From Lachnospiraceae bacterium (GTDB lineage: Bacteria > Bacillota > Clostridia > Lachnospirales > Lachnospiraceae), in contig JAZQDJ010000120.1 of NCBI GenBank assembly GCA_045546735.1, forward strand, positions 42,394-106,393: a stretch of DNA of 64,000 nt, in the 5' to 3' direction. Below are positions 27,171-36,072 of this stretch, piece by piece; position 1 is the first letter of the stretch, and each line of letters begins with the position of its first letter. Below the pieces are notes generated by a model. It ran no database searches and had not been told where the DNA came from. It saw only the letters and a list, made by a program, of their open reading frames with translations. Made by a program: the position numbers and the translations under genes.

Positions 27171-28577
27171 ATGTTAGATTCCATCAACAAAGTACTGGTA
27201 GCGATTGATGATTTCGTATGGGGAATTCCGCTTATCGTACTTATTCTTGTAACCGGTATCATCTTAACAGTCAGATTAAGAGGTATCCAATTCACTAAAT
27301 TACCGCTTGCAGTCAAATATATGTTTGCAAATGACAAAGAGGGAGACCAGGGAGAAGTATCCAGTTTCGCTGCTCTTTGTACGGCGCTTTCTGCGACGAT
27401 TGGAACAGGTAATATCGTCGGTGTTGCGACAGCGATTGTAGCCGGAGGTCCGGGAGCACTTTTCTGGATGTGGGTTGCAGCCCTTCTCGGAACGGCGACA
27501 AAATTTGCAGAGTGTATGCTTGCAATCAAATACCGTGTCGTAGCAGAGGACGGGCACATAGTCGGCGGACCTTTCTACAGTATTGAAAACGGTATGGGAC
27601 CGAAGTGGAAATGGCTTGCAAAATTGTTTGCATTCTTCGGAGTGTCAGCAGGTCTTCTCGGTATCGGTACTTTTACACAGATTAACGGTATCACAAGCGC
27701 GGTAGAAAACTTCTTTGATGCAAAGAAAGTACATACCGTGCAGCTTTTCGGAATGGATTATTCCTGGGCAGTAATTATTTCAGGTCTGATCCTTACATTT
27801 TTTGTAGCACTTGTAATTATCGGCGGAATTAAGAGAATTTCCAAAGTGGCGGAAGTAGTTGTCCCGTTCATGGCGATTTTATATGTAGTAGTAGCACTTA
27901 TCATCCTTGTATTAAACTTTAAAGCAATTCCGGGCGCATTTGTTGAGATTATTGAATGTGCATTCGGTCTCAGAGCTGTAGCCGGAGGAGCACTCGGTAC
28001 TGTTCTTATTGCAATGCAGAAAGGTATCGCACGTGGTATCTTCTCGAATGAAGCAGGTCTTGGTAGTGCACCGATTGCAGCAGCTGCGGTACAGACAAAC
28101 TCTCCGACCAAACAGGGTCTTGTATCTATGCTCGGAACAGTGATTGATACACTTATCATCTGTACAATGACAGGTCTTTCCATTGTCATTACAGGTGCAT
28201 GGGACATGGGACTGGAAGGCGTAGCTGTTACAGCAAAAGCATTCGAACTCGGACTCCCGTTTCCGGCGAAGGTATCTACCTTCCTTCTTATGCTTTGTCT
28301 TGTGTTCTTTGCATTTACAACCATTCTCGGATGGGATTACTACAGTGAGAAATGTTTAGAGTATTTGACAGGCGGTAACCAAAAAGCAGTCAAAGGCTAT
28401 CGTTGGTTGTATATTTTAGCAGTATTCATCGGACCTTACATGACAGTAAGTGCTGTATGGACCATCGCAGATATCTTTAACGGACTCATGGCACTTCCGA
28501 ACTTGATTGTACTTATTGTACTGAGCGGCATTTGTGCGAAAGAGGCGAAAGAGTATTTTGATACGTTGAAGAAATAA
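27171..28577 (+). CDS. sodium:alanine (glycine) symporter family protein (AGCS)
   Basis: Start is placed at MLDSINKVLVAIDDFVWG, after AAAGGAGA. The upstream part of the 27009 ORF is the riboswitch. Contains the conserved block FSNEAGLGSAPIAAAAVQT. Confidence 0.9.
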   Translation: MLDSINKVLVAIDDFVWGIPLIVLILVTGIILTVRLRGIQFTKLPLAVKYMFANDKEGDQGEVSSFAALCTALSATIGTGNIVGVATAIVAGGPGALFWMWVAALLGTATKFAECMLAIKYRVVAEDGHIVGGPFYSIENGMGPKWKWLAKLFAFFGVSAGLLGIGTFTQINGITSAVENFFDAKKVHTVQLFGMDYSWAVIISGLILTFFVALVIIGGIKRISKVAEVVVPFMAILYVVVALIILVLNFKAIPGAFVEIIECAFGLRAVAGGALGTVLIAMQKGIARGIFSNEAGLGSAPIAAAAVQTNSPTKQGLVSMLGTVIDTLIICTMTGLSIVITGAWDMGLEGVAVTAKAFELGLPFPAKVSTFLLMLCLVFFAFTTILGWDYYSEKCLEYLTGGNQKAVKGYRWLYILAVFIGPYMTVSAVWTIADIFNGLMALPNLIVLIVLSGICAKEAKEYFDTLKK

Positions 28578-28592
28578 GTTGAGTTATGAGAT

Positions 28593-28621
28593 TGCCCCTT
28601 CTTACGGAAGGGGCATTTTTT
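28593..28621 (+). terminator. intrinsic terminator of the symporter gene
   Basis: Stem TGCCCCTTC/GAAGGGGCA followed by TTTTTT. Confidence 0.85.
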
Positions 28622-28650
28622 CGGTGGCAATACTACAGTTGCCATGTTGT

Positions 28651-28836
28651 GGGCAAGTTTCGCTATTTTCCACAGTATCAGGCCCACTGTGTAGCGAGAA
28701 ATTTTAGAAATGTCTTTGTTTTTTGTCGCATTTTGGGCAAGAAATTTTTTAAAAATGTAATTTCTTACCCAATCATTCTTTTAATTTTTCGATAGCAATG
28801 GGCAAGAAGTGAAAGAAAATCAGCAAATATTACCTA
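28651..28836 (+). repeat. array A of the GGGYAAG-N22-23-CCCA repeat family (3 units)
   Basis: A1 28651-28686 is GGGCAAGTTTCGCTATTTTCCACAGTATCAGGCCCA. A2 28735-28771 is GGGCAAGAAATTTTTTAAAAATGTAATTTCTTACCCA. A3 28800-28836 is GGGCAAGAAGTGAAAGAAAATCAGCAAATATTACCTA. Confidence 0.75.
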
Positions 28837-28874
28837 TAGTTCGGTCTCGTTTAAATTGAAATTTGAGAATGATA

Positions 28875-28922
28875 TAAAAAAATGGGGCATTTGCATGAAT
28901 GAATCACACAAAATGCCCCATT
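28875..28922 (-). terminator. intrinsic terminator of the minus-strand membrane-protein gene
   Basis: Perfect 12-bp stem AATGGGGCATTT/AAATGCCCCATT. The A-run on the + strand gives a T-run on the - strand. Confidence 0.75.
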
Positions 28923-28934
28923 GAAATCAAGTTT

Positions 28935-29249
28935 TTATACTCCGCCGGTAATATTGACATGAATGATGATTAGCAAGAACAGAAAAGCGATCGAAACAAT
29001 CGGTGCAATGCAATTAAAAACGATTGCAGGAATTATTTTGTCCTTGATTGAAACAATAATGGAAATCAACCATAAAATCGGATGTATCGGAACAAGATAT
29101 AGCAGCAAAGGAAGTCCTGACAACTGAGTCGGATAGAAAGCAACCGATCCGGTTCCGTATAAAAACCAGACAAATGCTGCCAATACGAGTAATACCCATC
29201 TTATAATACAATCCCATTTATATATTTTATACATTACCATATTTATCAC
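28935..29249 (-). CDS. hypothetical integral membrane protein
   Basis: 104-aa ORF with 3-4 predicted TM helices. It is the last gene of the sigma/anti-sigma operon direction. Confidence 0.55.
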   Translation of the reverse strand: MINMVMYKIYKWDCIIRWVLLVLAAFVWFLYGTGSVAFYPTQLSGLPLLLYLVPIHPILWLISIIVSIKDKIIPAIVFNCIAPIVSIAFLFLLIIIHVNITGGV

Positions 29250-29277
29250 CTCGCACCCATTATAGCAGAGGTTATGA

Positions 29278-30195
29278 TTATTTTCTAATATCTTTCACAA
29301 TTTCTTCCGGAATTTCAAAGGTACAAATTCCCATGTACATCGGAGCCACGTCGCCTTCGTTGAAGCTGATCACAATGTTTCCTTTTTCATTTAAGTAAAA
29401 CTGAGTATCTTCTTTGATGGATGTAAAGTTAAATTCAGGCATATCCGGATCGTCGAGCCAGTAAATCATATTCTCGTCTGCTGCCATCTGCTCTCTCATC
29501 TGCGAGATAATATTTTCACTGATCGGAGTGATATAGTCGGCGCCTTCAGCAAACAATTCTTTGAGTGCAAGTCTTTCACCGGTTGTAAGGTCGATAGTGT
29601 AATAATAATTCCATTCTACACCGCTGGCTGCTGCCTCATAGCAAGTCAGTTTTAATGTAAAATAGCGTTCATTTGTCTGAATGGTTTCATGATTGATGAT
29701 AAGCTCCTGATAACCCTGGGATTCCATGTTTTCTTCAAATTCTTCGATGTATTTCTGTGTTAAATCCATGATTTCGGCATTGATTTCCAGTACGGTGTTA
29801 TCCAGTGGTTTTGGCGCAGGAGTTATCGGGTCGATTACGATAGATTCTGTTTCCGGAGTTTCGGTTTCGTTTACAACAACTTCCGGAACTTTTACATCTG
29901 CAATTTTTGTTTCTGTTTCTACTTTATATTCGCGGAAAGTAACGGCCTCTACCAATTTACCGATAACCGGAAGCGAACTTAACGTTTCCGCTGCCTGCAT
30001 GGAGATGTTCGGTACAGCAATGAAGAGTGCAATTGCAGCTGCAAAAGATGCAGCAAATTTAACAATAGTACCGGAAGATTTACGGGATTCCTTTTTTGCA
30101 TTTTCGATTGTTTTTTTCAATTCTACCACCTGCTCCTCTGTCATTTTTTCATTTTTATAGTTTGTTTTTAATTGATTCATATCATTTACATTCAT
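29278..30195 (-). CDS. anti-sigma factor, RsiV-like architecture
   Basis: 305 aa with a short cytoplasmic N-domain, one TM helix (FAASFAAAIALFIAV) and a large extracytoplasmic domain. It sits immediately downstream of an ECF sigma gene. Confidence 0.6.
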   Translation of the reverse strand: MNVNDMNQLKTNYKNEKMTEEQVVELKKTIENAKKESRKSSGTIVKFAASFAAAIALFIAVPNISMQAAETLSSLPVIGKLVEAVTFREYKVETETKIADVKVPEVVVNETETPETESIVIDPITPAPKPLDNTVLEINAEIMDLTQKYIEEFEENMESQGYQELIINHETIQTNERYFTLKLTCYEAAASGVEWNYYYTIDLTTGERLALKELFAEGADYITPISENIISQMREQMAADENMIYWLDDPDMPEFNFTSIKEDTQFYLNEKGNIVISFNEGDVAPMYMGICTFEIPEEIVKDIRK

Positions 30196-30211
30196 AATTT
30201 CACCTTCTTTT

Positions 30212-30682
30212 TTAATCTTCCAATTGAAGTTTCAGTTTTTCCAAACTTCGATACAGTCTGCTTTTTACGGTATTTTCCTTTTCTCCCAGTGCCAGGGCGA
30301 TTTCGGAAAGTTTCATATCTTCAAAATATTTCAGAATAACAACGGATTTGTCTTTCGGATCGAGCCGGTCGAGAGCTACCTGAAGATCAAAATTTTCGTA
30401 TGTATCTTCATGGCCTGTTTCCGGTGTCATATCCTGCGGAACAAATAAAATATTTCTATTTGTTTTGCAAAAGCGGAAAATCTCATTGAGCATGATGCGG
30501 TAAATCCAAGTTTCGACGAATGTCTCGTTCTTTAATTTTTTGCCGGACTTAATTGCTCTGTAGGCCCCGTTTTGTACAATGTCGAGAGCATCGTCGCTGC
30601 TGTGAGTGTAACTCTTGGCTAACCGGTAATATTTGTCGTAATTTGTTAAAAGTGTCTGTTCAATCAGTTCCATCGATGTCAT
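30212..30682 (-). CDS. ECF-type RNA polymerase sigma-70 family factor
   Basis: Start is placed at the ATG of MTSMELIEQ, 10 nt after GGAGGTGA. Region 2 is DIVQNGAYRAI..WIYRIMLNE and region 4 is LSEIALALGEKENTVKSRLYRSLEKL. Confidence 0.85.
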   Translation of the reverse strand: MTSMELIEQTLLTNYDKYYRLAKSYTHSSDDALDIVQNGAYRAIKSGKKLKNETFVETWIYRIMLNEIFRFCKTNRNILFVPQDMTPETGHEDTYENFDLQVALDRLDPKDKSVVILKYFEDMKLSEIALALGEKENTVKSRLYRSLEKLKLQLED

Positions 30683-30774
30683 GATCGGAAAACTCACCTC
30701 CTTGTCGGTTGCTTTTATATATTAGACCTATCATAGCGCAAAAAAGTTTCAGAAAAAATAATTTTTTTGTTTCC

Positions 30775-30789
30775 GCAACTCAGAGTTGC
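30775..30789. promoter_or_regulatory. perfect 7-1-7 palindrome GCAACTCAGAGTTGC, a candidate operator between divergent sigma and XRE genes
   Basis: Read directly from the sequence. It lies 22 nt upstream of the putative -35 of the XRE gene. Confidence 0.35.
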
Positions 30790-30810
30790 ATTATTGCTCG
30801 GAGGAAATGG

Positions 30811-30839
30811 TTGCTTTTGCCAATCTTCTTATCTATAAT
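30811..30839 (+). promoter_or_regulatory. candidate sigma-A promoter of the XRE-led cluster
   Basis: TTGCTT at 30811-30816, 17-nt spacer, TATAAT at 30834-30839. Confidence 0.55.
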
Positions 30840-30872
30840 CGGAATTATGAAGGATTTTAGGGAGGTCGAAAC

Positions 30873-31286
30873 ATGAGAAATTTTGCAGATAAATTATACA
30901 GTCTTCGTACGCAGGGTGGATATTCGCAGGAAGCTTTGGCGGAAAAAGTCAATGTCAGCCGTCAGGCGATTTCGAAATGGGAACTCGGGCTGACTCTTCC
31001 GGATACGGATAAAATTGTCGCATTAAGTAAAGTGTTTGATGTGACGATTGATTATTTGCTTAAGGACGAAATCAAAGTAAATAAAGATGAGAGCCTTGAT
31101 CGTCTGGTACTTAAGTTCCTCGGTTCGGCACAGGACATGGAAGACATTTCCAAGGAGCTTGTCGATATTATGCAGGACGGAGTTGTTGATGATATGGAGC
31201 GCAGACGTGTCAATGAGATTGTGAAGACGCTCGATGATATCAGCGAAATTATCAATGAAATCAGGGAAAAGATGAGCATGCAGTAA
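30873..31286 (+). CDS. XRE-family helix-turn-helix transcriptional regulator
   Basis: The Cro/C1 HTH reads LRTQGGYSQEALAEKVNVSRQAISKWELG...DKIVALSKVFDVTIDYLL. The C-terminal domain is acidic and helical. Confidence 0.85.
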   Translation: MRNFADKLYSLRTQGGYSQEALAEKVNVSRQAISKWELGLTLPDTDKIVALSKVFDVTIDYLLKDEIKVNKDESLDRLVLKFLGSAQDMEDISKELVDIMQDGVVDDMERRRVNEIVKTLDDISEIINEIREKMSMQ

Positions 31287-31310
31287 TAGAATTACGGGGG
31301 GATATGAAAA

Positions 31311-31985
31311 ATGTCTGTCAAAGAGATTTTTGTTCTTCTGGATGCAATGAAAAAAAGGCCTAATGTGGCATGTTTTATAATTTCCGTTCTTTTTCTTATT
31401 GTTATGTTACTGGAGCTTCAAGGGGCCGTAGTGTCAAAGGATTATTTGCCGGTAACCGGTGAAATATGTAACATAGAAAAGCATCGTGAGTATAAAGGAA
31501 GACACAAGGAAACACGTTATGATTACGATGTTGTGTGGGAAATAGACGGAGCAGAATATACATATCACTTTAAAGATGAGTTGGAAAGAAAAGATCCGGG
31601 AACGGTAAATATCTGGATTAATTCGGACAACACGGACGTCAGGTTTTCTTCTTCTGAAGATGTGCAAAGAAAAGCCCCTTACTATTTGTTGATATCGATA
31701 GTAACAGGCCTTCTGGGATGCTTTTTTCAAATCAGGAAAAGAAAGCAGCTTTTGCATATGTCTGAAGAAGAATTGGATGAATACTTAGACGTAACAGAGC
31801 AGATAGCCGGTTTGGCGGCTGTGATTTTTTTAGTGGCACTTATTTTCAGTGCGTATGTACTGTATCAGCAGGGTATGTTGCAGTCCATGACAATTTATCA
31901 AGTACTTGTGTTTGTTGTATATGCGGTTTCCTTTGCTGTAAGTTTTGGCGTATTTATTTATGCATACAGAAAAACGGATGGTTAA
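31311..31985 (+). CDS. membrane protein, paralogue 1 (TM, beta-rich loop, TM; DUF3592-like topology)
   Basis: 224 aa. Shares KDYLPV(T/I)GEI.N(I/V)E and VRFSSSEDV motifs with the 32913 ORF. Confidence 0.65.
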   Translation: MSVKEIFVLLDAMKKRPNVACFIISVLFLIVMLLELQGAVVSKDYLPVTGEICNIEKHREYKGRHKETRYDYDVVWEIDGAEYTYHFKDELERKDPGTVNIWINSDNTDVRFSSSEDVQRKAPYYLLISIVTGLLGCFFQIRKRKQLLHMSEEELDEYLDVTEQIAGLAAVIFLVALIFSAYVLYQQGMLQSMTIYQVLVFVVYAVSFAVSFGVFIYAYRKTDG

Positions 31986-32005
31986 AATAAAAGAGGAGAA
32001 AGAAA

Positions 32006-32923
32006 ATGAGCGTAAAAGAAATTTATGTAAAAACACTCAAGTTTGGATTTATTAAAATGGGAATACAGGGAGTTGTACTTGCTGTTTCGCTTGTGACGCT
32101 TGCCATTTGTGCAGGTCTCGGGGCTATTTTTAAAAGTTCAACCCTCAGTATGATTTTACTTTTAATTTGGATTATAGTAACAGCAGTTGTGTATCGCATG
32201 GCCCTTTCTTATATGGGGTATTTGATTCGTGCAGCGCATGTGGCAATTGTTTCCAAAGCCGTGACAGAGGGTGTGATTCCCGACAATATGGTAGAAGTGG
32301 GAAAACAGATGGTGCAGGAGCGTTTCGGAGCGACGAATGCATACATGGTTATCAATCATCTTGTAAACGGTGCAGTGAGACAGTTACAGAGTGTGGTGAA
32401 TCAGATTGACAATCTGCTCGACGGAATTCCGGGAGTAGATAAAATTATGGATGTAGTAAAAGTATTTATCCGTATTTTCTTAGGATATATCGATGAGTGT
32501 TGTCTCGGATATACCTTTTATAAAAAGGGAGAAAATGCATTCAAATGCGGATGTGACGGAGTGGTTATTTATTTCCAGAATGCAAAACATTTGTTAAAAA
32601 GTGCATTTGTGACAGCAATTTTAGTTGTAGTACTGACCTTTTTCTCTTGGATTGTTCCGTTTCTTGTTTTTGCGGGACTATTCACTTTGTTCGGGCTTTC
32701 GAGCGCATACGGTGTTGCGGCTATTATTTCTATTTTAGTAGCAGTTGCCGTAAAAGAGGCTTTTATTGATCCGTTTATTTTGGTGCAGACAATGACAGCA
32801 TATATGGAAGTTGCTCCTCAGACAGAAATTACAGTAGATTTTTATGAGAAGCTTTCCGGAATGTCATCTAAGTTTAAAGAGCTTCTCGGTCGTGCAAGAA
32901 AGGAAGTAGGACATGTCATCTAG
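32006..32923 (+). CDS. hypothetical polytopic membrane protein
   Basis: 305 aa with an AAGAGGAG RBS and at least 5 hydrophobic helices. Confidence 0.6.
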   Translation: MSVKEIYVKTLKFGFIKMGIQGVVLAVSLVTLAICAGLGAIFKSSTLSMILLLIWIIVTAVVYRMALSYMGYLIRAAHVAIVSKAVTEGVIPDNMVEVGKQMVQERFGATNAYMVINHLVNGAVRQLQSVVNQIDNLLDGIPGVDKIMDVVKVFIRIFLGYIDECCLGYTFYKKGENAFKCGCDGVVIYFQNAKHLLKSAFVTAILVVVLTFFSWIVPFLVFAGLFTLFGLSSAYGVAAIISILVAVAVKEAFIDPFILVQTMTAYMEVAPQTEITVDFYEKLSGMSSKFKELLGRARKEVGHVI

Positions 32924-33563
32924 GCAATTATCATTTTGGAAAGAGTATCCGCATGTTGCATGTTTTATCCTTTCAGGTGTGCTTTTGTTTTTTGCGCTGA
33001 TTAATCTCCACAATGCGGGTCTTTCTAAGGATTACCTCCCGGTAATCGGAGAAATCAGCAATGTGGAAGAGGATGAAAAGCGGGTGCAGCGCGGAAGACT
33101 TCGAATGGAATATGATTTCGATGTTTCTTGGGAAATGGACGGACAGGCGTATGAAAAGCATTTTGAAGACCAGTTGGATTACCGCTTGGAAGGACCAGTG
33201 GAGATTTGGGTCAGTCCGGATGGTCAGCAGGTACGTTTTTCTTCGAGTGAGGATGTATATAGAGAAACTCCGATGACATTTGCAGTTGCCTTTGTGGCGG
33301 GAATTCTCGGTTTTGTATTTTTAAAAGAAAAAAACAGAAAAAGAAGATATGTATCGGAAGCGGAGAGAATGGATCAGCTGGAAAACCGGAAGATTTACAG
33401 CGTGATAGCATTTTTTGTTTTTACAATCATGGCCGGTTTTTTCGGATATGAGATGTATAAGGAATATAATCCTCTCTATGTGGATGTCATGATTGCATGT
33501 GCAGTCGGAATGATTGCATGTGTCGGAATATTTATCCATGCACATATAAAAATGAAACAGTAA
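32913..33563 (+). CDS. membrane protein, paralogue 2 (DUF3592-like topology)
   Basis: 216 aa, clearly homologous to the 31311 ORF over its full length. It overlaps the upstream gene by 11 nt. Confidence 0.65.
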   Translation: MSSRQLSFWKEYPHVACFILSGVLLFFALINLHNAGLSKDYLPVIGEISNVEEDEKRVQRGRLRMEYDFDVSWEMDGQAYEKHFEDQLDYRLEGPVEIWVSPDGQQVRFSSSEDVYRETPMTFAVAFVAGILGFVFLKEKNRKRRYVSEAERMDQLENRKIYSVIAFFVFTIMAGFFGYEMYKEYNPLYVDVMIACAVGMIACVGIFIHAHIKMKQ

Positions 33564-33576
33564 AGAAAAGAGGAAA

Positions 33577-34527
33577 ATGATGGAAGAGGTAAGAGAACCG
33601 TTGCTTGAAATGTTTACCGATGATCCGGTGAATTGGGTGAAATGGGCTGTTGTATTTACAGTTCTGGTTGTAGGTTATATATTGGCATTTAAGATTTACA
33701 GCAAAATAGAATATCATCTGTCGGTTCAAAAGAAAGCAGATCAGGCGCGTACAAAAGGTCATGTGATTGAGAATGCGAAGCTTATAAAGGTTCGGAAGAA
33801 GGGAACCTATCAAGAGAGAAAAGAAAAACATAAAACGACTTACAGCGCGACTTACCGTTATACCTTGGATGGTAAAGAAAAAGAATACCACGCATATTTC
33901 GGTAATAATTATCCGCCGGAGACAATCCATCTTTATTATAAAAATTCACCGCGAAAGCTTTTTTCGGTGGAAGAATATTATTGGCAGGCGCCTGTCGGAG
34001 TACTCTATCTGGCGCTGTTTTTTATGCCGTTTGTGTTGGCAGCCTTGACGGGGTTGGCAATCGGTGTTCCGGGATTTACACAGGCAGCAGGCATAGAGCA
34101 GGCGGAAGAACTGAAAACAGGGGAGTTTGTCCGAGGACCGTATCAGGTTAAGATTACTGCTCCCGAGGAGGGCAGTCGGGATGTTTTGTACGATTGGATT
34201 ACGTCGTACCATGATGAAGAGGAAGAACTGGATTTGGAGATACAACTTAAATTTGTGTATCCGCCGCGCAGTTATGAGAGTGGAAAGGAACCGGAAAAAG
34301 CAGTTCTTTGGGGGCATGAGGTCTTATATGAGACGATTATGATTCAAAATCCGGTCCGGGAAGACCGGGAGCAGGAACTTTGTCGCGCGTATATCGTAGT
34401 GGAAGAGAATCAATATCTGCAGATAGATATTTTCGGAACAGATGAAATATACACACCGGTGTACAAGATTCTTGAAGATGAGAAGTTTCAGAATAGTTTT
34501 ACATTAGAATATACGAAAATGTTTTAA
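33577..34527 (+). CDS. membrane protein, distant paralogue 3 with an extra C-terminal soluble domain
   Basis: 316 aa. It shows the same TM / basic beta-rich segment / TM layout (GHVIENAKLIKVRKKG...YRYTLDGKEKEYH). Confidence 0.55.
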   Translation: MMEEVREPLLEMFTDDPVNWVKWAVVFTVLVVGYILAFKIYSKIEYHLSVQKKADQARTKGHVIENAKLIKVRKKGTYQERKEKHKTTYSATYRYTLDGKEKEYHAYFGNNYPPETIHLYYKNSPRKLFSVEEYYWQAPVGVLYLALFFMPFVLAALTGLAIGVPGFTQAAGIEQAEELKTGEFVRGPYQVKITAPEEGSRDVLYDWITSYHDEEEELDLEIQLKFVYPPRSYESGKEPEKAVLWGHEVLYETIMIQNPVREDREQELCRAYIVVEENQYLQIDIFGTDEIYTPVYKILEDEKFQNSFTLEYTKMF

Positions 34528-34532
34528 TCCTG

Positions 34533-34578
34533 ACAAAGTCTGTGTTATACTAGATATAATATAGACTTTGTTTTATTT
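34533..34578 (+). terminator. probable terminator of the XRE-led cluster
   Basis: 9-bp stem ACAAAGTCT/AGACTTTGT with a 21-nt loop, followed by TTTTATTTG. Confidence 0.45.
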
Positions 34579-34616
34579 GTAGACAAAAAAGCAACAAATT
34601 ACTTGGAGAGAAGAAC

Positions 34617-35684
34617 ATGGAAAAGATTGCATTGGGGAAATTGTCAAAGGAAGAGAAAAGAGCTTTTTATCAGTCGAAATACGACTATTATAATACATTT
34701 AATTTGTGTATGGCGATTGTGTCCGTTCTTGCCTATTTATCATATTTTTTTACGGACTGCGGTATTTTCGGAAGATTTGCACATGAAACGCTGTTGTCGA
34801 GAATCATTATTATAATTCCGTTTGCTATTTTTATGGTTTTGCAGAAAAAGGTGAAAGATTACCGGATTATGGTACCTGCCAGTTATATTCTGATTCACTG
34901 TATTATTTGGTGTACGGATTGGGCGACTTATCTTTTGCCGGACAGACAGCATGCGATTTCAGGTATGATTATTATGAATCTGATTTTCATGTGTGCGGGA
35001 TTTGCAGCGCCGTTCTCTTACAGTTTGATAGGGCATTGTGCGTTGATTGCAGATATCGCTCTTGCAAATACATTTCTGCACTATGAGCATCTGGATATGA
35101 TGTATATGTTTAATATTCCTGCAGTCATTGCGGTGTGTGTCATGCATAACATGATGCAGAGAGTATATTTTGACCAGTATATTACGAAAGATAAACTGGA
35201 AAAGTTAGTTGTCCGTGACCAACTTACGGAGATGTTCAATCGTAATAAGATGAAAGAACTTAGTGATGTTGCGACCGGAAAACTTTCCTATGAGGATGAT
35301 ATCAGTGTTAGTATGTTACTGATTGATATCGATTATTTTAAGAAAGTAAATGATGAGTTCGGTCATGAGGCCGGAGACAAAGTGCTTGTGCATCTGGCAC
35401 AGCTTTTGAAAGCAAGCGTGCGTGCAACGGATTATGTGATCCGTTGGGGCGGAGAGGAGTTTCTCATTTTAATGCCGGGTTGCGACAGCGAGCAGGCGGT
35501 CAGAGTGGCAGAAAAGATCCGCGAGAAAGCGGAGCAGAGCGACAATGGTATTTGCAGAACCACGATTTCTATCGGTGTCGCACTTTACGGCGGCGGAGAT
35601 TACCACGATACGATTAAAAAAGCCGATGAGGCGATGTATCAGGCAAAGGCAGCAGGACGAAATAAAGTTGTGTTGTACGGATAG
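34617..35684 (+). CDS. membrane-bound diguanylate cyclase (GGDEF domain)
   Basis: Six N-terminal TM helices are followed by a GGDEF domain with RWGGEEFLILMPG. Confidence 0.85.
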   Translation: MEKIALGKLSKEEKRAFYQSKYDYYNTFNLCMAIVSVLAYLSYFFTDCGIFGRFAHETLLSRIIIIIPFAIFMVLQKKVKDYRIMVPASYILIHCIIWCTDWATYLLPDRQHAISGMIIMNLIFMCAGFAAPFSYSLIGHCALIADIALANTFLHYEHLDMMYMFNIPAVIAVCVMHNMMQRVYFDQYITKDKLEKLVVRDQLTEMFNRNKMKELSDVATGKLSYEDDISVSMLLIDIDYFKKVNDEFGHEAGDKVLVHLAQLLKASVRATDYVIRWGGEEFLILMPGCDSEQAVRVAEKIREKAEQSDNGICRTTISIGVALYGGGDYHDTIKKADEAMYQAKAAGRNKVVLYG

Positions 35685-35695
35685 AGGAGAGAGAT

Positions 35696-36061
35696 ATGAA
35701 AAAGTTGTATAAAAAAGCAGTTTTGCCCGTATTATGTGCATTGCTTCTTTGCGGATGTGCAGCAGGAGCAAAAGAGCCGGAAAATCTGGATATGCTTTAC
35801 GGATCCTGGTCAAAGACAAAAGATGATATGACGACAACCTATATTTTTTATGATGACGGTACTTATTATGAACATGTTGAAACAACAGGAGATTTTGCAG
35901 TTTCCATGGAAGATGAAGGCACATATACGTTTGACGGTGAAGAAATTGAGATGACATCCGGTGAATTTGAGGCAAGTTTTGGGTACAAAGTTACATTTGA
36001 AGGAAATGACATGATTTGGGATAACGGATCGGCTGTGATTACGTATTCGAAAAAAGAGTAA
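35696..36061 (+). CDS. small lipoprotein
   Basis: Lipobox LLLCGC after a signal peptide. 121 aa. Confidence 0.7.
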   Translation: MKKLYKKAVLPVLCALLLCGCAAGAKEPENLDMLYGSWSKTKDDMTTTYIFYDDGTYYEHVETTGDFAVSMEDEGTYTFDGEEIEMTSGEFEASFGYKVTFEGNDMIWDNGSAVITYSKKE

Positions 36062-36072
36062 AGGAGTTATTT

